DNA of 16,501 nt, taken from Deinococcota bacterium. GTDB lineage: Bacteria; Deinococcota; Deinococci; Deinococcales; Thermaceae. Shown in pieces: positions 8,764 to 16,307 of this stretch. The stretch lies in assembly GCA_041695225.1 (NCBI GenBank), contig JBGFRI010000034.1, positions 1-16,501 of the forward strand, written 5' to 3'. The translations under genes and the position numbers were made by a program. Numbering within the stretch: the first letter of the stretch is position 1; each line of letters begins with the position of its first letter. The notes beneath the pieces were generated by a model. It searched no databases and had not been told where the DNA came from. It saw only the letters and a program-made list of their open reading frames with translations.

Positions 8764-9615
8764 ATGACACCAGTCTTACAACTCATTCTCAACAACCCCA
8801 GCTGGGTTAGTTACGCAGTTATACTTACGGCTTTCGCATTATGGCTTATAAAAGGAACCAATGAACCCTTCCTGCTATTCATCCTTTCATATTACTGGTT
8901 TCTAACGCTTTTGTCCGTTATCCCCGGAGTTGTGCATAAAGAGTTGATAACCTTTGCTATCGCCGCAATTGCTGCACTTTTACAACACTTTCTCATACCG
9001 GTTTCATTTGCTCCCCTGTATTTGGCGCTTTTTGGTATAACCCTTCTTCTGCCGGTTCTGGTCATATACCTTGGGTGGGAGGGACGGCTGAGCCCCCAGC
9101 TTCACGAGTATGTCCAGCTCCCCAAGCGACGGTTACGTGCCCTGCTTCTCGCATTCCTAGTGTTGTGTGCAATGGTAATTGTCGTTGTCGCTTCACTGGC
9201 TATTCCGGCAGCCAAATACCAGATTGATACTGCCTTTCCCCAACCACCTCCATACTCGGCTGTGGAAAGCGTTTCATCCGGCAATTTGATATTTAACGGT
9301 ATCGCCGGCATTGGCGAGGAAGTCGCCCGCGCAGCACTCTATAGCAGCGGCCTGCCAAACCCCGTGTTCAACACGCTGTTGTGGGTATTGACGCATCGCC
9401 ACGAGCCAGAAAGAATAGCCCCAAGGCTCGAGGCTCGTGGTGTAGATACCTCCCAACCCAACATCCAGGCATTTTTGCGGGTAACTACCTATACCATTGC
9501 CCTGGCCATGTTTATCGGTGGCCTGGCCTTACTCTGGCTCATCCGCACAACCGGCTCTATCTGGCCTGCTGCTGCCAGTCACTTTCTTTACAACCTTCTG
9601 GTCGGCGTGACTTAG
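8764..9615 (+). CDS. CPBP/CAAX (Abi) family intramembrane metalloprotease, candidate immunity protein
   Basis: Multiple TM helices; GIGEEVAR (EE..R motif), LWVLTH, AAASHFLYN (HxxxN). Start uncertain (GTG 8710 or ATG 8764). Confidence 0.78.
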   Translation: MTPVLQLILNNPSWVSYAVILTAFALWLIKGTNEPFLLFILSYYWFLTLLSVIPGVVHKELITFAIAAIAALLQHFLIPVSFAPLYLALFGITLLLPVLVIYLGWEGRLSPQLHEYVQLPKRRLRALLLAFLVLCAMVIVVVASLAIPAAKYQIDTAFPQPPPYSAVESVSSGNLIFNGIAGIGEEVARAALYSSGLPNPVFNTLLWVLTHRHEPERIAPRLEARGVDTSQPNIQAFLRVTTYTIALAMFIGGLALLWLIRTTGSIWPAAASHFLYNLLVGVT

Positions 9616-9803
9616 CGATTGTGGCTTTCTTTGTTGCCCGAACCTTGCCCCCTGTCTATTCTCCGCCTACCAGGGTTTCCGCGGGAACCCAACAATAATT
9701 CTGGCTCTACCTGTTCAGTTCAGTTGAGATAAAGGAGGAGCCAAGGTGCATCTAAAAGTGGTGATCACCGTATTGCTTACTTGTGCTTGTAGTGCCCTTG
9801 CCA

Positions 9804-11162
9804 GATTACGTCCTTATACTTCTGTAAAATGATGGCTGAGTAGAAAAACCGGCCATCATCCTCCAAGATAGCGAAGACAAGACCACTATGCATGGAGGAG
9901 ATGATGACCCGAGGACATGGTATAGGCAAAGACGAGTTAGTGCAACGGGTGCTTTTGGATGACCCAGATTTCTTGCGGGAGATTGTGGAGACGGCCATAC
10001 AGCAACTTTTGGAGCTGGAGATGACCGAGCATATAGGTGCGGCTCCTTATGAGCGCAGCGACCAAAGAAGAGGCCGGCGCAACGGCTATAAGCCGCGGCA
10101 GCTGCGCACGCGCGTAGGCACCTTGAACCTGCTTGTCCCCCAGGACCGCGAGGGCAGCTTTTCCACGCAGGTCTTCGGCCAGTATCAGCGCAGCGAGAAG
10201 GCCCTGCTGTTAGCGTTGATGGAGATGTATGTGGAAGGGGTTTCGACCAGGAAGGTCAAAGAGATTACCGAGAGCCTGTGTGGCACCTCATTTAGCAAGA
10301 GCCTGGTGTCAGGCTTGGCGACCCATCTGGATATCACGTTGAGAGGCTGGCGAGAGCGGCCTTTGACGGTGAGGTATCCTTATCTGCTGGTCGATGCCCG
10401 CTATGAGTATGTGCGGGTAGAGGGGAGAGTGGTCAGTCAAGGGGCGCTTATTGTCACCGGCATCAGAGAAGACGGCAAGCGCGAGATTCTAGCTGTCGAT
10501 GTAGCCGATGTGGAGAGTGAAGCGACCTATTACCAGCTTTTCAGCTCACTCAAAGCCCGCGGACTTAGGGGCGTAGAGCTCATCACCAGCGATGACCATA
10601 GGGGTCTGAGAGCAGCGATAGCCCGCCACTTCCAAGGAGTATGCTGGCAACGCTGTCAGGTCCATTACAGCCGCAACCTCTTGGGCATGGTGGCAAAGAA
10701 GCATCGTAAGTCATTAGCTGAAGGGCTGCGCCACGTCTGGGGCGCTCCCAGTCTCACCTGGGCCAAGCAAGCTGCTACGGAACTGGCCGATAGCTGGCGA
10801 GTGAGCCATCCCAAAGTTGCCGCGCATATCGACGAGCAGATCGAGAGCTGCTTTGCCTGCTTTGCCTTTCCTGCGGAGCACCGCCTCAAGATCAGGAGCA
10901 CCAATGGCTTAGAGCGGCTCAATCAGGAGGTCAAGCGCAGAACCAGAGTGGTGCGTATCTTCCCCAATCGCGAATCGTGCTTGAGGCTGGTCACTGCCTT
11001 ATGTATGGAGCAGTCTGAGGAGTGGCTTAGCGGCAAGCGTTACCTCGACATGGACCTGCTCAGGCAGCAGAGGCTCTCACACCAAGAAAGGGAGGTTAAT
11101 TTGGCTGCCGCCTAGGTGAATATCGGCCTTGGAGGATTTTACAGAAACTTACGGACTTGACT
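9804..11162 (+). mobile_element. IS256-family insertion sequence, 1359 bp
   Basis: 27-bp imperfect terminal inverted repeats (9804..9830 and 11136..11162, shared core TTCTGTAAAAT). 8-bp target-site duplication CCTTGCCA at 9796..9803 and 11163..11170. Confidence 0.93.
9892..11115 (+). CDS. IS256-family (Mutator-type) DDE transposase
   Basis: RNGYKPR, VPQDREGSF, EMYVEGVSTRKV, YLLVDA, ITSDDHRGL, WQRCQVH, STNGLERLNQEVKRR, IFPN. The start may be ATG 9901 or 9904 after GGAGG. Confidence 0.96.
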   Translation: MEEMMTRGHGIGKDELVQRVLLDDPDFLREIVETAIQQLLELEMTEHIGAAPYERSDQRRGRRNGYKPRQLRTRVGTLNLLVPQDREGSFSTQVFGQYQRSEKALLLALMEMYVEGVSTRKVKEITESLCGTSFSKSLVSGLATHLDITLRGWRERPLTVRYPYLLVDARYEYVRVEGRVVSQGALIVTGIREDGKREILAVDVADVESEATYYQLFSSLKARGLRGVELITSDDHRGLRAAIARHFQGVCWQRCQVHYSRNLLGMVAKKHRKSLAEGLRHVWGAPSLTWAKQAATELADSWRVSHPKVAAHIDEQIESCFACFAFPAEHRLKIRSTNGLERLNQEVKRRTRVVRIFPNRESCLRLVTALCMEQSEEWLSGKRYLDMDLLRQQRLSHQEREVNLAAA

Positions 11163-11202
11163 CCTTGCCATCTCGACCCAGGCCAAGACCTACCTGGACA
11201 CC

Positions 11203-12348
11203 GTGCTGGACTTGCTCCAAAAGCACTATGTACGCAGCGAGACCGTCAACTGGCCTGAACTCAGGCAGTTAGCTTACCAGCTGGCCGCCAATGCTCAGCA
11301 ACCTTCCGACACCTATCTGACCATTCGGCAGGTGATGGCGGTGATCGGGGACTGGCACATGCTCTTTATTCCGGCACAGCAACCGAGCGAGGCCGGCACC
11401 GTCTACGGCGGGGGGCTGGAGGTACGGCTGGGCGGCAACACCATAATCCGGCTCGCCCCCGGCGGGCCCGCCCAGAAGGCGGGGCTGGAAGTCGGCGATG
11501 AGATCGAGACTGTAGACGGACGCCCTCTGGTCTTGCCGTCGCAACTCCAGACCAGCCGCTACTCCGAGACCCTGCGGCTATCGGTCTTCCGCGCCCGCAC
11601 CGAACAGCGCAAAACGGTGTTGCTTACCCTCACCAAACCGCTCAGGCCGGCGGTTCCCAGCGCCCGACTGCTTGGCGGAAGGATCGGCTATCTGGACTTG
11701 CCGCAGCACAGCATTGCCGATGCAAGACACCTTGACTATGCTTTGGTGGCCCAGCAAGCCATCTGGGCAGTGGAGGCCCAGTCCCCCTGCGGCTGGGTGG
11801 TAGACTTGCGCAACAACGCTGGCGGTTTGTTATACCCGATAATTTTAGCAGCCGGGCCGCTGCTGGGAGAGGGACGGGTGGGCGGCCTGGTGACGCCCAG
11901 GTCCAGTAAGCAATGGCTCTTCCAGCAAGGTCGGCTGTTAGAAGAGTCGGACTCCGGCGCCAGGGAGGTGGGCCGGTTCAATCAACCCCCGGATAAACTA
12001 CCCCCCGCCGACAGGCCGGTCGCGGTACTGATTGGCCCCAAGACCATCAGCGCAGGTGAGGCCCTCGCCATCGCCTTTATCGGCCGCCCCAACACCCGTC
12101 TGTTTGGCGAGCCCAGCTTCGGCTTTACTACCGCCAATCTAGCGTTCAGCCTGCCGGATGGCGCCCTTGTCGCCATCCCGTTTGCCTTTTTCGCCGACCG
12201 AAACGGCAACCACTACGACCAGCAGATAGAGCCCGACGAAACCTTATTCACGGACTGGAGCTTGTTCCAGAGTGAGAAAGACGAGGTTTTGCAGGGCGCA
12301 AAGGCCTGGCTGCAGGCCCACCCAGGCTGCCAAAGCGCTACACCTTAG
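11203..12348 (+). CDS. S41 peptidase C-terminal portion (PDZ plus catalytic domain), lacking its signal peptide
   Basis: GGPAQKAGLEVGDEIETVDG (PDZ), DLRNNAGG, TISAGEA (catalytic Ser), FGEPSFGFTTAN, IEPD. Confidence 0.8.
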   Translation: MLDLLQKHYVRSETVNWPELRQLAYQLAANAQQPSDTYLTIRQVMAVIGDWHMLFIPAQQPSEAGTVYGGGLEVRLGGNTIIRLAPGGPAQKAGLEVGDEIETVDGRPLVLPSQLQTSRYSETLRLSVFRARTEQRKTVLLTLTKPLRPAVPSARLLGGRIGYLDLPQHSIADARHLDYALVAQQAIWAVEAQSPCGWVVDLRNNAGGLLYPIILAAGPLLGEGRVGGLVTPRSSKQWLFQQGRLLEESDSGAREVGRFNQPPDKLPPADRPVAVLIGPKTISAGEALAIAFIGRPNTRLFGEPSFGFTTANLAFSLPDGALVAIPFAFFADRNGNHYDQQIEPDETLFTDWSLFQSEKDEVLQGAKAWLQAHPGCQSATP

Positions 12349-12441
12349 TTTTGCTGTCTACAGCCTTAACGGCTATCGCCCTGTGATGCCCCGGAAGCCG
12401 AGCAGGGATTCCAATTTTACATCCCATCCCGTAAGCGGGTT

Positions 12442-12684
12442 TCAACGCACACTCAACCACAATGACTGCGCTGAAGGGGTAATTCGGGACAGCTCATCCC
12501 GCAGCTCTCTTTTATACCGCCAGAACATGGCCGGCCACAACCAGAATGGAGCGTCGCGAAGCATTCGAAGATACTTTGCCCGGGTTTTTCTTATCATGCG
12601 GGTCCGCCGTCGCTTATACTTCGGGGTTGCTTTGAGTATAGATGGCCCCTCGCTGACCAGTTTTGTTCCCGGCAATCTTTCCAT
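12442..12684 (-). CDS. Small basic hypothetical protein
   Basis: 80-aa Arg/Lys-rich ORF with an ATG start and a purine-rich upstream AGGGGTAGG; it fills otherwise empty space. Confidence 0.42.
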   Translation of the reverse strand: MERLPGTKLVSEGPSILKATPKYKRRRTRMIRKTRAKYLRMLRDAPFWLWPAMFWRYKRELRDELSRITPSAQSLWLSVR

Positions 12685-12792
12685 AACCTACCCCTATTGT
12701 ATGGCCTGTTGCCGGGTCGGGGTAGCGAGGCCCTCCTGGGCTCCCATTGGAACAGTGGAACGGGCCGCTCGAGCCCTTACAAAACTACCGAA

Positions 12793-12876
12793 ATGTCATT
12801 CTGAGGCCGTAAGGCCAAAGAATGGCACGGTTGGCAGTTGAAAAACCGAGACCCTTCGCTTCACTCAGGGTGACAT
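12793..12876. repeat. REP-like palindromic element (GTCATTCTGAG...CTCAGGGTGAC type)
   Basis: Terminal IR ATGTCATTCTGAG / CTCAGGGTGACAT (11/13), internal GGCC-GTAA-GGCC hairpin, and GAGACCCTTCGCTTCACTCAGG. Confidence 0.7.
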
Positions 12877-12960
12877 CTGGCTTAGGGCGATACCATCAGC
12901 ACCCGTTTGTGTGAATCAGCAGACCTGCTGGTTCTGTGTCGGTAGCGCTACAATACAGCC

Positions 12961-13257
12961 ATGCCCCTGCCCCCTTACAACCAGGCCCGCCTGGCCGAGA
13001 TCTGCCAGCGGTTTCACGTCCGTCGCCTGTCGGTATTCGGCTCGTACCTGCATCAGGAGGCCGACCCGGCGAGCGACCTGGATCTGCTGGTGGAGTTTGC
13101 CCCCGGCCTGACCCCGGGGCTGGGCTTTGTGCGGCTGCAAGGGGAACTAGCAGATCTTTTTGGACGGAGGGTAGACCTGCACACACCTAAAAGCCTGAGC
13201 CGCTATTTCCGCCAGCAGGTGTTGGCCGAGGCCCAGGTGCTGCACGCGGCGGCGTGA
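12961..13257 (+). CDS. Minimal nucleotidyltransferase antitoxin (MntA-like, type VII TA)
   Basis: FGS-x10-DLD motif, GRRVDL, 98 aa. TACAAT lies 6 nt upstream of the ATG. Adjacent to a HEPN gene. Confidence 0.9.
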   Translation: MPLPPYNQARLAEICQRFHVRRLSVFGSYLHQEADPASDLDLLVEFAPGLTPGLGFVRLQGELADLFGRRVDLHTPKSLSRYFRQQVLAEAQVLHAAA

Positions 13258-13596
13258 ACTAACCGATCGGGTGCGCCTGCTCCATATGCGGGATGCAGCC
13301 CGTCGGGCACTGGAGATAACCCAGGGTAAAGCGGTTGCGGAGCTTCAGCCCGAGGACGAAACGGCTTTAGCTTTAGTGAGGCTGCTGGAAATACTGGGAG
13401 AGGAGCCCGCACACTCTCCAATGAGTTGAGAGCAGCTTATCCCGAACTGCCCTGGCGCGAGATTGCCGACACACGAAACCGCTTGCTGCACGAGTATTTC
13501 GACGTAGACATGGCGATTGTTGCTGCCATCGTGCAAGACGATCTGCCGTCGCTGTTAGCGCAGATAGAAGACATTTTGGGCCGTATGCAGCCATAG
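13244..13596 (+). pseudogene. HepT-like HEPN RNase toxin (DUF86), frameshifted and lacking its start codon
   Basis: (ACG)RRRELTDRVRLLHMRDAA...LVRLLEILGE, then after a 1-nt shift at 13403/13404, ARTLSNELRAAYPELPWREIADTRNRLLHEYFDVD...DDLPSL...*. The Rx4HxY motif is present; premature TGA at 13427. Confidence 0.87.
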
Positions 13597-13695
13597 GAAA
13601 CCGAGATGGGCGTACAGAGCCGCACCGAGATACTGGCCCGCTACTTCGGCCTCAATACCACAACCCCAGTCTTTTTATTAGAGCAAGGTTCCTAG
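13597..13695 (+). pseudogene. Orphan 3' fragment of a LuxR-family regulator paralogous to 8024..8119
   Basis: ETEMGVQSRTEILARYFGLNTTTPVFLLEQGS* versus KTEMGVQTRTAMVARYYGVSTTPQVFLQEQSS: 20/32 identical without gaps. Confidence 0.85.
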
Positions 13696-13796
13696 GGCCT
13701 TGAAGATAAGTGCTGTGTCAGGTAGGGGATATCTTTGCTGTATACCCTCGAGCTGGCCTCTCCCAACAGATATGGTATAACCTTCATAAGCCTTTT

Positions 13797-14375
13797 ATGG
13801 ATCTTGTTCTGGTGGTGCTGGCGTATCTGGTCGGCTCGATCAATTTTCCCATTCTGGCCGGGCGGCTGCACGGGTGGGATATCCGCCAGCGCGACATAGC
13901 CGGTGGCTCGGGCGCTTTCCGCCAACTGGGAGTTGGCTGGGGTTTGGCGGTGGGGGTGCTCGAGGTGGGCAAGGGTGTGACCGCAGCCTGGTTGGCTGGG
14001 TTTTCGGACAGCTTCTGGGTGCTGCCCCTGGCGGCGCTGGCAGTGGTAGCGGGTCACATCTGGCCGATCTGGTTTGGCTTTCGCGGGGGAGGTGGGCTGG
14101 CTGCGGCGGGCGGTTTTGCCCTGTGGGCCTTCACCACCGAGACTTTGTGGGGCCTGCTGGTCTTTGCGGCGGCGCTGGGAGTGTATTTTCTTATTTTCAA
14201 GCGGGACCGCTTTCAGGGTATCGGCTCGGTGCCGTTTGCCGCCATCTTTGCCGCTTTGTACCTGCTTTATGCGCTCTGGGGGGATACGCGAGAGTTTTAT
14301 GCCCTGCTGGCCATGATAGGGGTGATCGCCCTGCGGGGCATTCTGGTGCTCTCGGGCCGCTGGTGGCATCGTTGA
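13797..14375 (+). CDS. plsY: Glycerol-3-phosphate acyltransferase PlsY-like membrane protein
   Basis: AYLVGSINF, DIRQ, LEVGKG, AVVAGHIWPIWFGFRGGGGLA motifs. Several motif residues deviate from canonical PlsY. ATG 13797 chosen as start. Confidence 0.75.
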   Translation: MDLVLVVLAYLVGSINFPILAGRLHGWDIRQRDIAGGSGAFRQLGVGWGLAVGVLEVGKGVTAAWLAGFSDSFWVLPLAALAVVAGHIWPIWFGFRGGGGLAAAGGFALWAFTTETLWGLLVFAAALGVYFLIFKRDRFQGIGSVPFAAIFAALYLLYALWGDTREFYALLAMIGVIALRGILVLSGRWWHR

Positions 14376-14412
14376 GTTGAGGCGAGAGTGACGCCTGGCT
14401 CCCGAAGTTGCG

Positions 14413-15576
14413 TTACCCGAGGCCGACAAAGCCCAGATACCACTGCACAATTTCCGTGCCATAGAAAAAAGCTACCAGCCCCCCAATAGCCAGGTACGGC
14501 CCAAAGGGAATCTGGTTGCCGCCCCCAAGCTGCCGCATGATCAGGCCGATGATGGCGCCGGCAAATACCGCCACAAATACGGCCACCAGCAGGCTGGTAA
14601 ATCCCAGCCAGACCCCCAGAAAACCCGCCAGCACCACGTCTCCATAGCCCATTACGGTTACGTAACCTTTGGGGCTTTCGTCGGCAGTTTCGGGCTCTAC
14701 TTTGTCCGAGGGGTTGCGCATCCACCAGTAGAGCATTCCGGCCAGGGCTAAGCCCCCCGCGCTGACCAGCATCCCGCGCAGGCTCTCGAGGGGATACAGG
14801 CCCAGCAGCCAGGCCAGCAACGGGGCCAGGGCTGCTAGCCCCAGGGTCAGGCCGTCGTGCAACGCTAGCACTCTACCCGTGCGGATGTTGAGCGAGGCTA
14901 CCACCGCCCCGACCAGCAGCCCAAGCGAGCCCAGCCAGACCCCCCCCACCGCGCCAAACATCCCACCCCAGGCCCCCACCATTGCGGCCAGGTGCACCAG
15001 ATGCAGTCCGAACGGGCCCTCGCGGGGGCTGTCTTGGAAACGGTTGTAGAGCAAGCCGCCAAAACCCGCAAACATCGCCACCAGCCCCGCCCCCATCAAC
15101 CCTGCATCCACGGCTTGTGGAAGGGCCAGTGGAAAGCCCACCAGCCCCGCCCCCAGCAGGCCCAGGAAAATCCCGGCAAAGTTGAGCGAGTTAGGCAAGG
15201 TTTTGGTATCAATGTCAATGAATGAGAGCGCGATCAAAAGAGCAACAAAGCCCCAGATAAAAATCAGATCGGGAAACAGCGGGTGCATGAGGGCTGCCAC
15301 CGTGAAGAGAACAGCCGTGAGGGCCTCCACCGCCGGATAGCGAGCCGAGATGCGGCCCTTGCACCGGCGGCACCGGCCACCCTGAACCAGCCAGGAAACC
15401 ATGGGGACCAGTTCGCTGGCGGAGAGCAGATGTCCGCAGTGGGGGCAGCTCGAGCGGGGCCAGACAATCGAAACCCCGGCCGGAAGCCGATAAATCACCA
15501 CGTTCAAAAACGAGCCGATCAGACTCCCCAGCACAAACGCCAAAACCGCCAGCACGGGTAACGGGATCAAATCCAC
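14413..15576 (-). CDS. pilD: Type IV prepilin peptidase / N-methyltransferase (A24)
   Basis: GSFLNVVIYRLP, SSCPHC and GRCRRC zinc motifs, ISARYPAVE, catalytic FIDID and MGYGDV, IPFGPYLA. Confidence 0.95.
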   Translation of the reverse strand: MDLIPLPVLAVLAFVLGSLIGSFLNVVIYRLPAGVSIVWPRSSCPHCGHLLSASELVPMVSWLVQGGRCRRCKGRISARYPAVEALTAVLFTVAALMHPLFPDLIFIWGFVALLIALSFIDIDTKTLPNSLNFAGIFLGLLGAGLVGFPLALPQAVDAGLMGAGLVAMFAGFGGLLYNRFQDSPREGPFGLHLVHLAAMVGAWGGMFGAVGGVWLGSLGLLVGAVVASLNIRTGRVLALHDGLTLGLAALAPLLAWLLGLYPLESLRGMLVSAGGLALAGMLYWWMRNPSDKVEPETADESPKGYVTVMGYGDVVLAGFLGVWLGFTSLLVAVFVAVFAGAIIGLIMRQLGGGNQIPFGPYLAIGGLVAFFYGTEIVQWYLGFVGLG

Positions 15577-15723
15577 CCCGTTATTGTAGGCGCCGTGAGC
15601 AGGATAGCTTGTGATGCATGTAGGGCTTTGATCTCAAGTCTGGGGCCGGTGTGCCGATCCCCCACGTTTGGCTGGGGGTTATGGGCTTTTCGGTTATAAG
15701 CAGCAACAGCTGCTTCTACAAAG

Positions 15724-16032
15724 TCAAAGTCGAGAGAGCCAGTAACCTGGTTGACGTCGATCATGAGCGAATGCCAGGATGCGAATCGCGTCGGAAACTT
15801 CCAAATAGACAATATGAAAAGGAAATCGTCGTACGGGTACTCTCCGAACGGGCAGGTCCTTCGGAACCAACGGTACCAGCGATCCGGCTTGTGTGAAACG
15901 AGTGATGAAGTCGAGCGCCGCATCCACGGCCTCCAGGAACTCGGCGCCGAGGCCTTCACGCCTTCCCTCGTACCTTACGGCCGCCTCTGCGAGCTCGGTA
16001 GATGCTTCGGGTTCCATCCGAAGCGGCTTCAT
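15724..16032 (-). CDS. RelE/ParE-family type II toxin
   Basis: AxxELxEAxxxYE...GLGAEFL, VRRFPFHIVY, IRILAFAHDRRQPGYW. ATGA overlap with the upstream antitoxin. Confidence 0.88.
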   Translation of the reverse strand: MKPLRMEPEASTELAEAAVRYEGRREGLGAEFLEAVDAALDFITRFTQAGSLVPLVPKDLPVRRVPVRRFPFHIVYLEVSDAIRILAFAHDRRQPGYWLSRL

Positions 16033-16268
16033 TTCATCAAGCGGCGGGCAATGCGGTTGCGGACGTCCTCCCAGGGTTCGCCAGCGGATTCCTCTGACAG
16101 CACCCGACGGGCGCGGCGTTCAATCTCAGCCGCCCAAGCCGCCTCGACTACTGCAGGGTTTTCGACCGGCTCGTCGAGACTGGCTAGCAGCTCCGCAGCA
16201 ACGTCGGCACGCTCATGGGGGGGGAGTGTCAGAGCTTCACGAAGTAATTCTTGCGCTCGATTACTCAT
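16029..16268 (-). CDS. Putative addiction-module antitoxin (TIGR02574-like)
   Basis: EALTLPPHERADVAAELLASLD, AWAAEIERR, PWEDVR. ATG at 16268 has TACAAT 6 nt upstream. Confidence 0.87.
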   Translation of the reverse strand: MSNRAQELLREALTLPPHERADVAAELLASLDEPVENPAVVEAAWAAEIERRARRVLSEESAGEPWEDVRNRIARRLMK

Positions 16269-16307
16269 GGGAACATTGTAGGCTAAGGCACGACAACCTA
16301 ACAAGGG

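Larger units (their letters stand above)
9746..12348 (+). pseudogene. Secreted S41-family (PDZ-containing, nisin-resistance-protein-like) peptidase interrupted by IS256
   Basis: AGGAGG RBS and GTG 9746 give the signal peptide MHLKVVITVLLTCACSALA. Removing 9804..11170 restores one 411-codon frame (...ALA-ISTQAKTYLDTVLDLLQKH...) ending at 12348. Confidence 0.88.

Noticed and set aside
11157..11200. Hybrid promoter from the outward TTGACT at the IS256 right end
   Set aside because: No -10-like hexamer lies 16-18 nt downstream.
12272..12841. 189-aa plus-strand ORF
   Set aside because: It overlaps the S41 end, an opposite-strand ORF and a palindromic repeat, and has no motifs.
13692..14462. 256-aa minus-strand ORF
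   Set aside because: Antisense to the plsY-like gene.
14413..15576. PilD as a processing enzyme of the peptide cluster, and its extra length
   Set aside because: It is on the opposite strand outside the luxR-bracketed cassette and fits a housekeeping type IV pilus role. The extra hydrophobic insert is probably lineage-typical (not verified).
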